NCBI GenBank assembly: GCA_963841015.1
Contig: CAWJAX010000002.1
Coordinates: 32,001-96,000, forward strand
DNA length: 64,000 bases
Source of the DNA: an uncultured Methanoregulaceae archaeon
Lineage (GTDB): Archaea > Halobacteriota > Methanomicrobia > Methanomicrobiales > Methanospirillaceae
Reading direction: 5' to 3'
The notes under the pieces were generated by a model. That model was not told the origin of the DNA. It ran no database searches and worked only from the letters and a program-made list of their open reading frames with translations. Position numbers and translations under genes: made by a program. Of this stretch, positions 30,361 to 41,600 are shown in pieces (within the stretch, counting starts at the first letter, position 1; the number at the start of each line of letters is the position of its first letter).

Positions 30361-30575
30361 TACTCCCGGAAGGGGCAAACCAGCACATTTCTTTCGTAAA
30401 GTTTGCCGAATTGTTGCCTTATAACAATAGCAGCATTTTTTTAACCGGATGCGGCGCAAACGGAACAGGACGACCTGTGATGCAACAGGCTCAATAACCG
30501 AAAATAAAGCAGCGTTTGCCGTGATACAGGCCGATGATCTGGTAAAGAAGATCTATGATGTTATTGATAAATCCC
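30361..30575 (+). pseudogene. Remnant of the HEPN gene 3' half (paralogue of 4821..5240)
   Basis: PEGANQHISFVKF..MRRKRNRTTCDATGSITENKAAFA..DLVKKIYDVIDKS versus PDGANQHVSVVKF..MRRKRNSSVYDTAGSITESEAAFA..DLVKKIFAVIDKS. Confidence 0.85.
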
Positions 30576-30724
30576 GACTGTCGTTGGGTGATGAGAACAA
30601 CAACATGAGAACACGCTCAGATACCATGTCGCCGTTCTTTTCATCCTGAAAGGTTCTTTCGGGGGATCATTAGTCTCCGCATACGGGAAGTATCAGAGAT
30701 TGTCAGACATCGCAACGATATTCA

Positions 30725-32761
30725 TCATCCTGCTGAGTAAGTCAAGACTTCCCGGAATGCAACCTTAATTGCAGGAACACCGTTATCGTTGAACCTCATT
30801 GCTATGACGTCAACGGTGGTCACGGTCCCGTCCATCCGGAAAAATTTTTCTCTCATGACGGGTGCAGGTTTATCGGGCTCTGTATGTATCTGCTGTATGC
30901 GGTTTTCCAGATCCTTTCGGGAATCCGGATGGATGAACTGAAAAATGGATCTTCCGATCATATCTTCAGGTTTGCAGGCACCCAGGATTTTTGCGGCTCT
31001 CTCGTTTAAAAAAGCAATTTTTTTGTCTTTGTGAATCGCGATTGCATCAAAAGACTGCTCAAGGAGCTGCTGGTATGTCTGTTCACTCTCGCGTAATGCT
31101 ATTTCAGCACGTTTGCGTTCGGTGATGTTACGAGAAATCGTCACAACCGCTACAATGGTACCTTTATCATCCCTGATCGGGGATAAACTGTCACTAAACC
31201 AGAGCGTCTCGCCGTTCCAGGTGAGCGAGGTATCCTCCCTGATACGCTGTCCGGTTTTTACAACAGTTTTCACCCGTTCTATTATCCTGTCGGCAGCATC
31301 TTTATCAAGGAGTTCACAGGGTGTCAGACCGATCAGATCTTTTTGGGAAACTCCATACCCGTCGGTAGCATTAAAATACAGGTATCGTCCTTCAGGGTCC
31401 TGCATAAAGATTAAATCTTCAGTACTATCAATGAGAAGCTGGAGCCGCCGCTCATTTTCGAGTAACTCCAGTTCAATCTCTTTACGCTCTGTTATATCCC
31501 GTATCGCAACCTGGATAGCAGGTTTACCGTTGATAGTTGTTTTTACTCCCCGGCCTTCAACAATAACTGAACTGCCGTCAACGCGGAGTAACTGCAGTTC
31601 AATCGGGGGTGTCGTATTCCCGCCAAGATCTTTTTCGATATTATTCCGGACTGCATCGCGGTAGTCCGGCTGAATTATTTCAAGGACATTTTTACCGAGT
31701 ATTTCATTGCTATCCATTACACCCAGCATGGTAAGAGCAGCAGGATTCAGGAACGTGATTTTTCCTTCCTGGTGAATAATCACTCCATCAGGGGATATTT
31801 CCACCAGCTGGCGGTACCGTTCTTCGCTTTCCCGTAATGCTTCTTCTGACTTCTTTCGATCGGTAATGTCACGGGCAATAATCGCGATTTTCTTCACATC
31901 ACCTGTCTCGTTCAGTATTGGATATGCAACCGTGTCATACCACGAACTGCCACGTTGATCGATAAAGCGCACCATCTCTTTCTTTTCCAGTATTGGTGCC
32001 ATCAGCGATCGTCTCTTGTGTGCAACCTCTTTTGGCAGGAGATCATATGCCATGATACCAACCAGTTCATCACTCCGCTTTCCAAAGCGCGAAGCAGCGT
32101 TTTCATTGAGTGCCAGAATTATTCCCTGATCATCTATTAATATGACAGAATCTGTCGGTGAATTTATGAGTGCACGAGCAGTCGCTTCACTCTCCAGCAA
32201 CGCCCGCTCTCCCTGTTTTTGTCGGGTAATATCGTCGAGGAGGATGGACACTCCTTTTTGTCCATTCTCAAAAACCGTTGGTGCGATCCGGCAGAACAGG
32301 ATACTGTTTTTGGACTTGAGGTGTATCTCACCCGACCATTCATAACCGGCAATACCCTCGCGTATCCGTTCGATAAATCCTGTGAATAATTCATCAAAGA
32401 CCAGGGCTACGGGGGTATATTCAATATTTTTTCCTGCCAGATTTCTGCTGTCAGTTCCGGTAAACCTGCAAAACGGTTCATTGGCAAAGACTATCCGAAG
32501 GTGGCTGTCCAGCTGCACAACCAATTCTGAGGATATCGATAAAACTGCAGAAATCGGGACTCTTTGTGAAATTTTATAAATTTTCGCCATTCCCAGGCGG
32601 CGCATCTCTACCTGTCCTGATACCAGCAGAGTTTCAAGGTATCGCCCGGCGGTATTCCTGTTAATGTTAATTACCTTGACAATATCGGTTATTTTCAAGC
32701 CATGAGGATTTTTTTGCAAGAGATCTTTTATCTGATCAAAGATTTCTTTTTTGAGAACCAT
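30725..32761 (-). CDS. HTH plus multi-PAS one-component regulator
   Basis: N-terminal HTH (NPHGLKITDI..INRNTAGRYLE) followed by about five PAS/PAC units (DIT.RK, ESEERYRQLVE); no kinase. Confidence 0.9.
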   Translation of the reverse strand: MVLKKEIFDQIKDLLQKNPHGLKITDIVKVININRNTAGRYLETLLVSGQVEMRRLGMAKIYKISQRVPISAVLSISSELVVQLDSHLRIVFANEPFCRFTGTDSRNLAGKNIEYTPVALVFDELFTGFIERIREGIAGYEWSGEIHLKSKNSILFCRIAPTVFENGQKGVSILLDDITRQKQGERALLESEATARALINSPTDSVILIDDQGIILALNENAASRFGKRSDELVGIMAYDLLPKEVAHKRRSLMAPILEKKEMVRFIDQRGSSWYDTVAYPILNETGDVKKIAIIARDITDRKKSEEALRESEERYRQLVEISPDGVIIHQEGKITFLNPAALTMLGVMDSNEILGKNVLEIIQPDYRDAVRNNIEKDLGGNTTPPIELQLLRVDGSSVIVEGRGVKTTINGKPAIQVAIRDITERKEIELELLENERRLQLLIDSTEDLIFMQDPEGRYLYFNATDGYGVSQKDLIGLTPCELLDKDAADRIIERVKTVVKTGQRIREDTSLTWNGETLWFSDSLSPIRDDKGTIVAVVTISRNITERKRAEIALRESEQTYQQLLEQSFDAIAIHKDKKIAFLNERAAKILGACKPEDMIGRSIFQFIHPDSRKDLENRIQQIHTEPDKPAPVMREKFFRMDGTVTTVDVIAMRFNDNGVPAIKVAFREVLTYSAG

Positions 32762-32769
32762 TCTTGAGG

Positions 32770-32802
32770 ATTCTATTGGGTTGTCAGGATATATTAATTC
32801 AG
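32770..32802 (-). promoter_or_regulatory. Conserved promoter block of the HTH-PAS gene
   Basis: 29/33 identical to 215..247. Confidence 0.6.
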
Positions 32803-32918
32803 ATATTTCAATCCGGAATTTTTCCGGTGATTTCCTGGTATGAGCGTCTGATCATGAGAACAGCACAGACGCCCGTTCACGCTCCCTTTCCAACTCCTGG
32901 AGCTTCGGCTCGTTGCCT

Positions 32919-33353
32919 TCATCCCCCCATCACGATCTGCACCGCGGTTGGATACTTCTTCATAATGGCATAAGCGATCGGGCGCGACACCCAGAACCGA
33001 CCCCCCTCAAAGGTACGCAGGGTGCTCACCTCACCCAGCACCTGGAGGGCTGCAAGAGCCGTCTCATCAGGACACATGCAGCTGTCCGGTACATCCGGAG
33101 ACAAATAGAACAGGATCGGGAGCCTGAGCTTCCGCTTCTGGTCGTCCGGGAGGGCTTTTCCCAGGGTTGCGATCACGAATGGGTCAAAATGGTAGGTGTC
33201 CCCCTTTTTGGTGATGGAAAGGGGATTTTTTTCTGCGAGCAGGACCGCAAGAGACTTGCGTTGCGTAACCACGCCCTCGTTTATCTTTGCGATCTCAAGA
33301 CCCATCCAGCGGACAAGGACGGATTCATCGGTGATGCGGGGAGGATGGGACAT
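32919..33353 (-). CDS. DUF61 family protein
   Basis: RWMGLEIAKINEG....RKSLA.LL.E..P....K.G..Y.FD..LRLPILFY..YPTAVQIV. Confidence 0.75.
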   Translation of the reverse strand: MSHPPRITDESVLVRWMGLEIAKINEGVVTQRKSLAVLLAEKNPLSITKKGDTYHFDPFVIATLGKALPDDQKRKLRLPILFYLSPDVPDSCMCPDETALAALQVLGEVSTLRTFEGGRFWVSRPIAYAIMKKYPTAVQIVMGG

Positions 33354-33443
33354 TGCCAGCAGATGATCTCCTCAGGAATATAATAAAGCCGGCGGCCGGT
33401 AAACCCGGATTTTTTTACCATCGGCATAACAGCAGAATCGCAA

Positions 33444-33572
33444 AGCTGCCGGTGAAGGAAGAGCACAGAGAAATCTTCAGAAATTATTGAAAAGCAGACG
33501 TGGGACTTCAGAAAAAAATCCTGAAAAAATGGGGATACATGGATTTTTTTATAGATAAAAATAACCGGATTT
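33444..33572. repeat. Non-coding direct repeat, copy 1 (43-bp perfect core 33444..33486)
   Basis: agctgccggtgaaggaagagcacagagaaatcttcagaaatta is identical at 49772..49814; weaker similarity continues for about 85 bp. Confidence 0.9.
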
Positions 33573-33808
33573 TCAGCAGATATCTCCGGTTTTCGATAAT
33601 CACGTGAAAATGGGAGATATGTGTTCGCTATCCCATACAATGATGCAAAAAAATTCACCCATCAGGGTGGATGACAAGCTATATCTGGATTTCTCCATCG
33701 TCTCAAAGAACTGAGTTGGAATTGTTTCGAGAGGTTCCGGATAGCACCGGAGTTCCAGTCCGGGATAAATAATTATTTTTTAAAGAAAAACCCTTAACTA
33801 TTTCCCTA

Positions 33809-34966
33809 TCACGACAATTCACCGGACGATTCTGCAAACGGGGCAAGCATAGCGATTATCTGCTCAATTTCTTTACCCTGAGATGCATATTCAGGGGGGG
33901 CACAGGCTAAAAACTTCCTAAAGGAGGCAATTGCTTCCTGATTTTTTCCTAGTTTATTAAGAGCGAATCCTTTGTGGAACCATGAATCAGCATATTCCGG
34001 TTTAAGTGCGATTGCACGATCATAGGCTGCCACCGCTTCTTCCTGCAGTCCGAGTTTTGCGAGCGAATACCCTTTGGTATACCAGACTTCAGGATAATCC
34101 GGTTTCAATGAAATCACCTGATCAAAGGATGCAACCGCTTCTTTGTGCCGGCCGAGCCGGGTAAGTGAAATCCCTCTGCCTGCCCATGCTTCAGTATAAT
34201 CAGGTTTCAGCGCGATTGCGCGATCAAAGGAGAGAACCGCTTGTTCCCGCCGACCAAGTGCAGCAAGCGAAACCCCTTTGCCGTACCATGCAATAGTATC
34301 ATCCGGTTTCAGCGCGATTGCGCGATCAAAAGATGCAACCGCTTCTTCCTGCCGACCAAGTGTAGCGAGCAAAGCCCCTCTGCCGTGCCATGCGATAGTA
34401 TCATCCGGTTTTAAATCAATCGCGTGATCATAGGCTGCTACGGCTTCTTCGAACCGACCGAGTGCAACAAGCGAAACCCCTTTGCCCACCCACGCATCAG
34501 CATAATCCGGTTTCAGCGCGATTGCTCGATTATACGCTGCCACCGCTTCTTCCTGCCAATCGAGTGCAGTAAGCGAAACCCCTTTGCCCACCCATGCATC
34601 AGCATAATCCGGTTTCAGTGCGACGGTGCGATCATAGGCTGCCATGGCTTCTTCGAACCGACCAAGCGCAGCAAGCAAAACCCCTTTGCCGTACCATGCT
34701 ATCGTATCATCCGGTTTCAATGCGGTTGCGTTATCAAAAGATACAACCGCTTCTTCCCGCCGACCAAGTGCAGCGAGTGAAGTACCTCTGCCTGCCCATG
34801 CATCAGCGTAATCCGGTTCCAGCGCAATTGCACGATCAAAAGATGCAACCGCTTCTTCCTGCCGTCCGAGGGCGGCGAGAGAATATCCTTTCGTACACCA
34901 GGCTGTTTCTGTCAATGGCTCTCCTGGATCTTTGCCTTCTTTAGCTCTGTGAAAAAATAACCCCAT
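33809..34966 (-). CDS. Tetratricopeptide repeat protein
   Basis: About ten 34-aa repeats AW..KG.SL..LGR.EEAV..(F/Y)DRAIALKPD; 102-bp nucleotide periodicity. Confidence 0.92.
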   Translation of the reverse strand: MGLFFHRAKEGKDPGEPLTETAWCTKGYSLAALGRQEEAVASFDRAIALEPDYADAWAGRGTSLAALGRREEAVVSFDNATALKPDDTIAWYGKGVLLAALGRFEEAMAAYDRTVALKPDYADAWVGKGVSLTALDWQEEAVAAYNRAIALKPDYADAWVGKGVSLVALGRFEEAVAAYDHAIDLKPDDTIAWHGRGALLATLGRQEEAVASFDRAIALKPDDTIAWYGKGVSLAALGRREQAVLSFDRAIALKPDYTEAWAGRGISLTRLGRHKEAVASFDQVISLKPDYPEVWYTKGYSLAKLGLQEEAVAAYDRAIALKPEYADSWFHKGFALNKLGKNQEAIASFRKFLACAPPEYASQGKEIEQIIAMLAPFAESSGELS

Positions 34967-35602
34967 GTTCTCTCCCCGTTGTCTTTCCCGTTCAGGTCTA
35001 TAGAAGAAATAAATTAAATGAACAGAATTTATTGTCCGGTCCGGCCAGGATTTTTTTTCTATGATGGATGAGACAAGGAATAAGCTGGGATCTGCTCTGC
35101 GTTATGCCCTCTTCCCCTGTTTCCAGGTAGCTATTCCACCAAACCGGGTGTATCCGTTTATGGGGATTCCTGGTGTGTCCTGATGGATTATCAGGGAAAG
35201 ATTTTTCTGTATATACCTGGCAATAATCCGATCCCAACACCCGGTCCTTTCAGCATCCTTATCCGGCGAGTTATACCTCGCCAGGGGTTGTACAGGAAGG
35301 GTAACCATACCAGTCATACCTATCAGATAATACATAAAATCTTGTGTTTATTCCAGATTTTGAAACAAGTTTTGAGACAAATCTCTCCCTTAGAATCATA
35401 CTTTCATAAAAATATTCATCCATTTTTGTAACATGACCAAAGCATTATTTGCCCGAAAGTCGAGTAAGACACCATTTATGGGTTTTTACGATCATACCTG
35501 ACCACCCCACTGTTTTACACAAAGAGAATAATCCGGGGTGTCTTTCTGACTGAATGGTTAACCAAAAAAGATTAAACAAAAAAATACCCGGGGCAATAAA
35601 AA

Positions 35603-38600
35603 TTGTGGAACAGGTTTGCATTCAAACGGAAAATAAATTCCAAGGAACAGTGTATACGGCAGACTGATACCAGCCCACTCCGTGACGAACTCTTCAGCGG
35701 GGACCGGCTGGTCCAGCATGCAAAGGAGGCAGCCTGCTCGTACAACATAGAAACCCGCAAAGGGCAGGATCGTCTCCTTCCACGACTTGCCGATAACGAA
35801 AAGGTCCTGCTGAAAACTCATGAACTGCTGCACGCCGCTTTTGAGGCAAAACGCAGGATTGCCCCGGCAGGAGAATGGCTTTTAGATAATTTCTACCTTG
35901 TTGAAGCACAGATCAGGACTGCCCGTCGTCACCTCCCGGAAGATTACAGTAAAGAACTGCCTCACCTGGCAAACGGACCACTTGAAGGATTTCCCCGGGT
36001 GTACCATATCGCCCGGGAATTCATTGCTCATACCGACGGAAGGATTGATACTAAGGTCCTTTTTGGCTTTATCGATGCATACCAGGGTGTCACCCCTTTA
36101 CTGCTCGGAGAACTCTGGGCGATCCCTATCATGTTCCGGCTCGCTCTGATAGAGAACCTTCGCAGGATTGCCGATATTATCTCAGCAAACAGGAGTGCCC
36201 GTGAAACTGCAACCCGCTGGGTTGAGCGGATGACCGAAGCGTTCAGGAAAGACCCGGCGAGCCTGATCTTGGTTATTGCAGATATGGCACGGTCAGATCC
36301 GCCGATTACCAGCGCTTTTGTTGCGGAAATGGCCCGGCAATTGCAGGGCCGGTCCGGGGCATGTTTATTCCCCCTCAACTGGATAGAACAGAGACTTTCA
36401 GAGAGAAACCTGACTATTGAACAGATGATCACTGCAGAAGCGCAGGGCCAGGCTGCTGATCAGGTTTCGTTCGGGAACAGCATAAACAGCCTTCGTCTCC
36501 TTGATACACTGGACTGGCGGGAATTTGTCGAAAACCTGAGTCTTGTAGAGCATACCCTCCGGAGTGATCCTGCAGATGAATATGCAGCAATGGACTTTGA
36601 AACCCGCGACCGGTACCGGCACAGGGTGGAGGAGCTGGCAAAAAAGGGTGGTTTCTCAGAAGAGGATGTAGCAAAAAAAGCGGTGGAACTTGCCTCTGAG
36701 TGCCGGGGCAAAGACACTAAAACCCGGGCATCTCATGTAGGATATTACCTGGCGGACAAAGGAAGAGACTCGCTCGAAAAAGCACTCTTCTTTCATCCTT
36801 CCTTTTCCGACAAGGTTAAAAGATTCGGGTATACCCATCTTCTTTTCCCATATTTCTGCGGGATCCTTTTCATAACGCTCCTTGTGGCTTTTTTTGGGTA
36901 TACACAGCTCATCACCTATGACTGGTTTGTTACCCTGCCAGTCTTATGTCTTCTCCTGTTTCCGGCAAGCCAGGGTGCCCTTGCGGTTATCAACTGGTTC
37001 GTGACTCTTTTACTCGCCCCGGATTTGCTCCCGAAGATGGACTTTTCAAACGGGATACCCCGGGAGGCAGGAACCATCGTTGTAATCCCGACGGTCCTCT
37101 CAGGACCTGGTGATGTTCCAAAACTCCTTGAGTCACTGGAGATCCGGTACCTTGCAAACCAGGACGATAACCTGCATTTTGCCCTCCTGACCGATCTTTG
37201 GAACGCGCCTGAACGGGAGCTGCCGGGAGATGAAGAGACAGTTGATCTGCTAGCAGCCGGCATTGCAGACCTGAACAGGAGATACCGGCCCGAAAAGCCG
37301 GATACCTTCTTCCTCATGCACAGGTCCCGGACCTGGAATGCACAGGAAGGGGTCTGGATGGGATATGAGAGGAAAAGGGGGATTCTCGAGGCTTTCAGTA
37401 CTCTCGTATCGGGAAAAGGAACCAATGCATTCTCCCGTATCGTGGGCAACCTGGAGATCCTGGCCGGTATCAGCTATGTGATCACCCTGGATACTGATAC
37501 ACAACTCCCGCGGAATAGTGCGAAAAGACTTATCGGTGTGATCGCTCACCCGCTCAACCGGCCGGTTCCAGACCCGAAAACGCTGGTGATCAGGGAAGGA
37601 TATGGAGTCCTCCAGCCACGTGTTGCTCTTGCCATGTCAGGATCAGGAATATCCTTTTTTGCATCCGTTTACGGGGGTGAGCCGGGTATAGATCCCTACA
37701 CCCGTTCAGTATCTGATGTGTACCAGGACGCATTTCATGAAGGATCCTTCATGGGAAAAGGGATCTATGATCTCCAGGCCTTCTCACGATCGGTTGACGC
37801 ACGGTTTCCTGAAAACCTCATCTTAAGTCACGACCTGCTGGAAGGATGTTATGCAAGGACAGGTCTTGTCACTGATGTTTCTGTCTTTGAGGAGTATCCG
37901 GCCAGTTACCTTGCTGACAGCAGGCGAAGGCACCGCTGGATCCGGGGCGACTGGCAGATTATACCCTGGCTGTCTGCGTTTGTTAAGGACATCTCTTTAA
38001 AAAAGCAGAGAAATCCGCTCACCCTCCTCTCACGATGGAAGATCTTTGACAACCTGAGAAGAAGCCTTGTTGCACCGGCAACGTTTCTCCTTTTCATCCT
38101 GTCATGGACCGTTCTTGAGGATCCAATCTTCTGGACGGCTTTTGTTGCATCGCTTTACCTGATCCCCCCGATAATTATTACCGGTTGGAAAGGTATAAGA
38201 AAACCCGGAGAACAGACCTGGATGCTGCATCTCTATGATATGCCCAGGGTAATCCGGAGCCAGCTGGCAGTACCGCTGCTTTCCCTTGCCTTCCTCCCGT
38301 ATGAAGCATATATTTCCCTTGACGCAATCCTTCGTTCCTGCTGGCGGATGGTGGTTTCACATCGTAATCTTCTGGAATGGACGACTCACCAGGAGGCCGG
38401 GCGGACGGGGAATCCCAGCCTTACGGAAACATACCTCATTATGTTGCCGGCACCGGTAATCGGGGTAGCATTACTCTTAGCAATGGCTCTTAACCCCCCT
38501 GCCTCTCCTGCTATCGCCTTGTTTGCTCTTGCATGGACCCTTTCCCCGGCGATTGCATGGGGAATAAGCCAGCCGGTACGACCCGAAACCACCAGCCTTA

Positions 38601-41600
38601 CTCCCGTACAGGAACGTTTTTTACGGGGAATTGCCCGGAAAACCTGGCGTTTTTTTGAGACCTTTGTCACCGCTGAAGATAACTATCTTCCCCCGGACAA
38701 CTACCAGGAGCGGCCATTGGTAGCGGTGGCCCACCGCACATCCCCGACAGATATCGGACTCTCTCTGCTCGCAAATCTGAGCGCCTATGACTTTGGGTAT
38801 ATTCCGTCGAGTGAACTGATTGAGCGGACACACAACACCGTAACGAGCGTCGGGTTGCTGAAGCGATTCCGTGGTCATCTTTACAACTGGTATGATACCA
38901 TCACCCTGGAGCCGCAACTCCCCCGGTATATCTCTACGGTTGACAGTGGCAACCTTGCTGGAGACATTCTCGTATTGAGGCAGGGACTCTATGAACTCCC
39001 GTCTTACCCGGTCCTTTCAAAGGGATTTGCCGGCGGTTTGTCAGATACACTCTCACTCCTCTCTGATGCTATCGATAGTTCTACAAAAGAGAGAAAGGGG
39101 GTGGTGCCGGGAGCTGTCCGGTCTAAGATTGCAGACCTTAAAGAGGGGGCAGCCCGACTCCCAGGGCCGACGTGGGAAACCTCAAAACAACTATCCGGTC
39201 TTGACAGGATTGCTTCAGAAGTCCTGGATGATCTCTCGAACCACCAGGATGAAGAAGTCAGGTGGTGGGCTGCAGCGACAAAGCGACAGGTCGAGACGCA
39301 TGTACAGGAGTTTAAAACCTTTACTGCATGGGAATCCACGGGCACTCCGCCGGATAGTATATGGGATGAGGTTCCGCAGGATCTGGTGCCATTTCTTTCA
39401 CTGTTCTGCACAAAGTTTGAGTCGCTGAATAACCAGGTCCCTTCTCTCGAAGAAGTCGCCGGTATACGGCACGATCTTAATACCCGGCTCGGCCCCCTTC
39501 TGGAATGGCTGGACTTCCCAGGGGATACGAACAGCACCTCCGGTCCGGGTCATCAATGGCTGATCCGGACGCTCGCAGGGATGAGAAACTCGGGTGAACG
39601 GGCAGAAGCACTCATCTCATCACTATCGCTTCTTGCAGACCAGTGTAGTGCATATACTGATATCGAGTATGAGTTCCTGTATGACAGGACGAGTAATCTT
39701 CTCGCTATCGGGTATAATGCAACGGATCTCAAACGGGATACAAGTTTTTATGATCTGCTTGCCTCAGAGGCACGGCTCACCAGCTTTATCGGTATAGCCC
39801 AGGGTCAGCTCCCCCAGGAGCACTGGTTCGTGTTAGGGCGTCTGCTCACAACTATCGGGAGCGGGAAGCCAACCCTTATCTCATGGAGCGGATCGATGTT
39901 CGAATACCTGATGCCACTCCTTGTGATGCCGACCTATGAGAATACCATCCTCGATCGCACGTATCATGCGGTAGTAGCACGGCAGATCGAGTATGGTCGC
40001 ATACGGGGTGTTCCCTGGGGGATATCGGAATCCGGGTATAATATCACCGATGCGATGATGAACTACCAGTACCGGGCATTTGGCGTTCCCGGCCTGGGGT
40101 TCAAGCGGGGACTTGCCGAGGACCTGGTTATTGCCCCGTATGCTGCAATGATGGGTCTGATGGTTAATCCGGCTTTGGCCTGTAATAATCTCGAGAAGAT
40201 GGAGTCCCTTGGGTATGCAGGAAAGTATGGATTTTATGAAGCCGTGGATTTCACCCCGTCCAGGGTGCCTCCGGGCCAGAGCCACAGGATGGTAGAATCA
40301 TTCATGGCACATCACCAGGGAATGTCCCTGCTCTCGTTAGCCTACGTATTGTTAAACCGTCCTATGCAGAGGAGATTTGAGGCTGATCCAAGACTTTCTG
40401 CAACGGTGATGCTGCTCCAGGAGAAGATGCCGAGGAACTTACCATTCTACCCGCATTCCGGTGAGATACAGGGAGTCCATAAAAATACAGTAGAATCGGG
40501 ATCCCTGGTGCGGATTTTCAAGACCCCGCATACCCCCCGGCCTGAGGTGCATCTCCTCTCGAACGGCAGGTACCATGTTATGGTAAGCAATAGCGGAACA
40601 GGGTATAGCAGGTGGGACAACATTGCTGTAACCAGATGGAGGGAGGACCCCACTGCAGACACCAGTGGTACTTTCTGTTATATCAGGGACCTTTCAAGCG
40701 GGGAGTTCTGGTCGAACGGGTATCAGCCCACAAAAAAGAGCCCGGATACCTACCAGGTGATCTTCCGGCAGGCCCGGGCTGAAATCCGGCGAAGGGACCG
40801 GGAGTTTGATACCCGTACTGAGATTATAGTCTCTCCTGAAGATGATGTAGAACTGCGAAGTATACGGGTGATTAACCGGTCGTGGAAACGACGGACAATA
40901 GAGTTTACCAGTTATGCTGAAGTGGTGCTGGCACTTCAGGCTTCAGATGAAACTCATCGGGCTTTCAGCAATTTGTTTGTCCAGACCGAACTGGTACGGG
41001 AGAAAAATGCAATACTCGCAACGAGAAGACCACGATCAGAAGGGGAACATCCCCCCTGGATGCTTCACCTGATGACCGTTCATGGTACACAGGACAGGAA
41101 TATTTCCTTTGAAACAGACCGGTCGAAATTTATCGGACGGGGAAATTCACTTTCAAGACCGGTTGCCATGACTGATTCTTCAACTCTTTCTGATACTGCA
41201 GGTTCAGTTCTCGATCCGATAGTTGCCATCAGGTGTACTATTACCCTGGATCCCCAGGAAACCGCGGGCGTGAATATCTTTACCGGGATCAGTGAGAGTC
41301 GTGATGGAGCAGTCGCCCTGGTCGAAAAGTATCATGACAAATACATCGCTGACCGGGTCACCGAGCTGGCCTGGACGCATGCCGAGGTCAGGCTCAGGCA
41401 ACTGAACGTCACAGAGCAGGAGGCACAATTGTTCGGTTCTCTTGCCTCCTCGGTGATCTATGCAAATCCTTCCCGGAGGGCAGGCCAGAATGTACTTCTG
41501 AAGAACAAACGAGGCCAGTCAGGCCTCTGGGGGTATGGAATCTCCGGAGACATCCCAATCGTGCTGGTTCGGATACAGAGAAGGGACCGGATCAGTCTTA

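Noticed and set aside
33900-34900. 102-bp periodic repeats
   Set aside because: Fully explained by TPR coding repeats.
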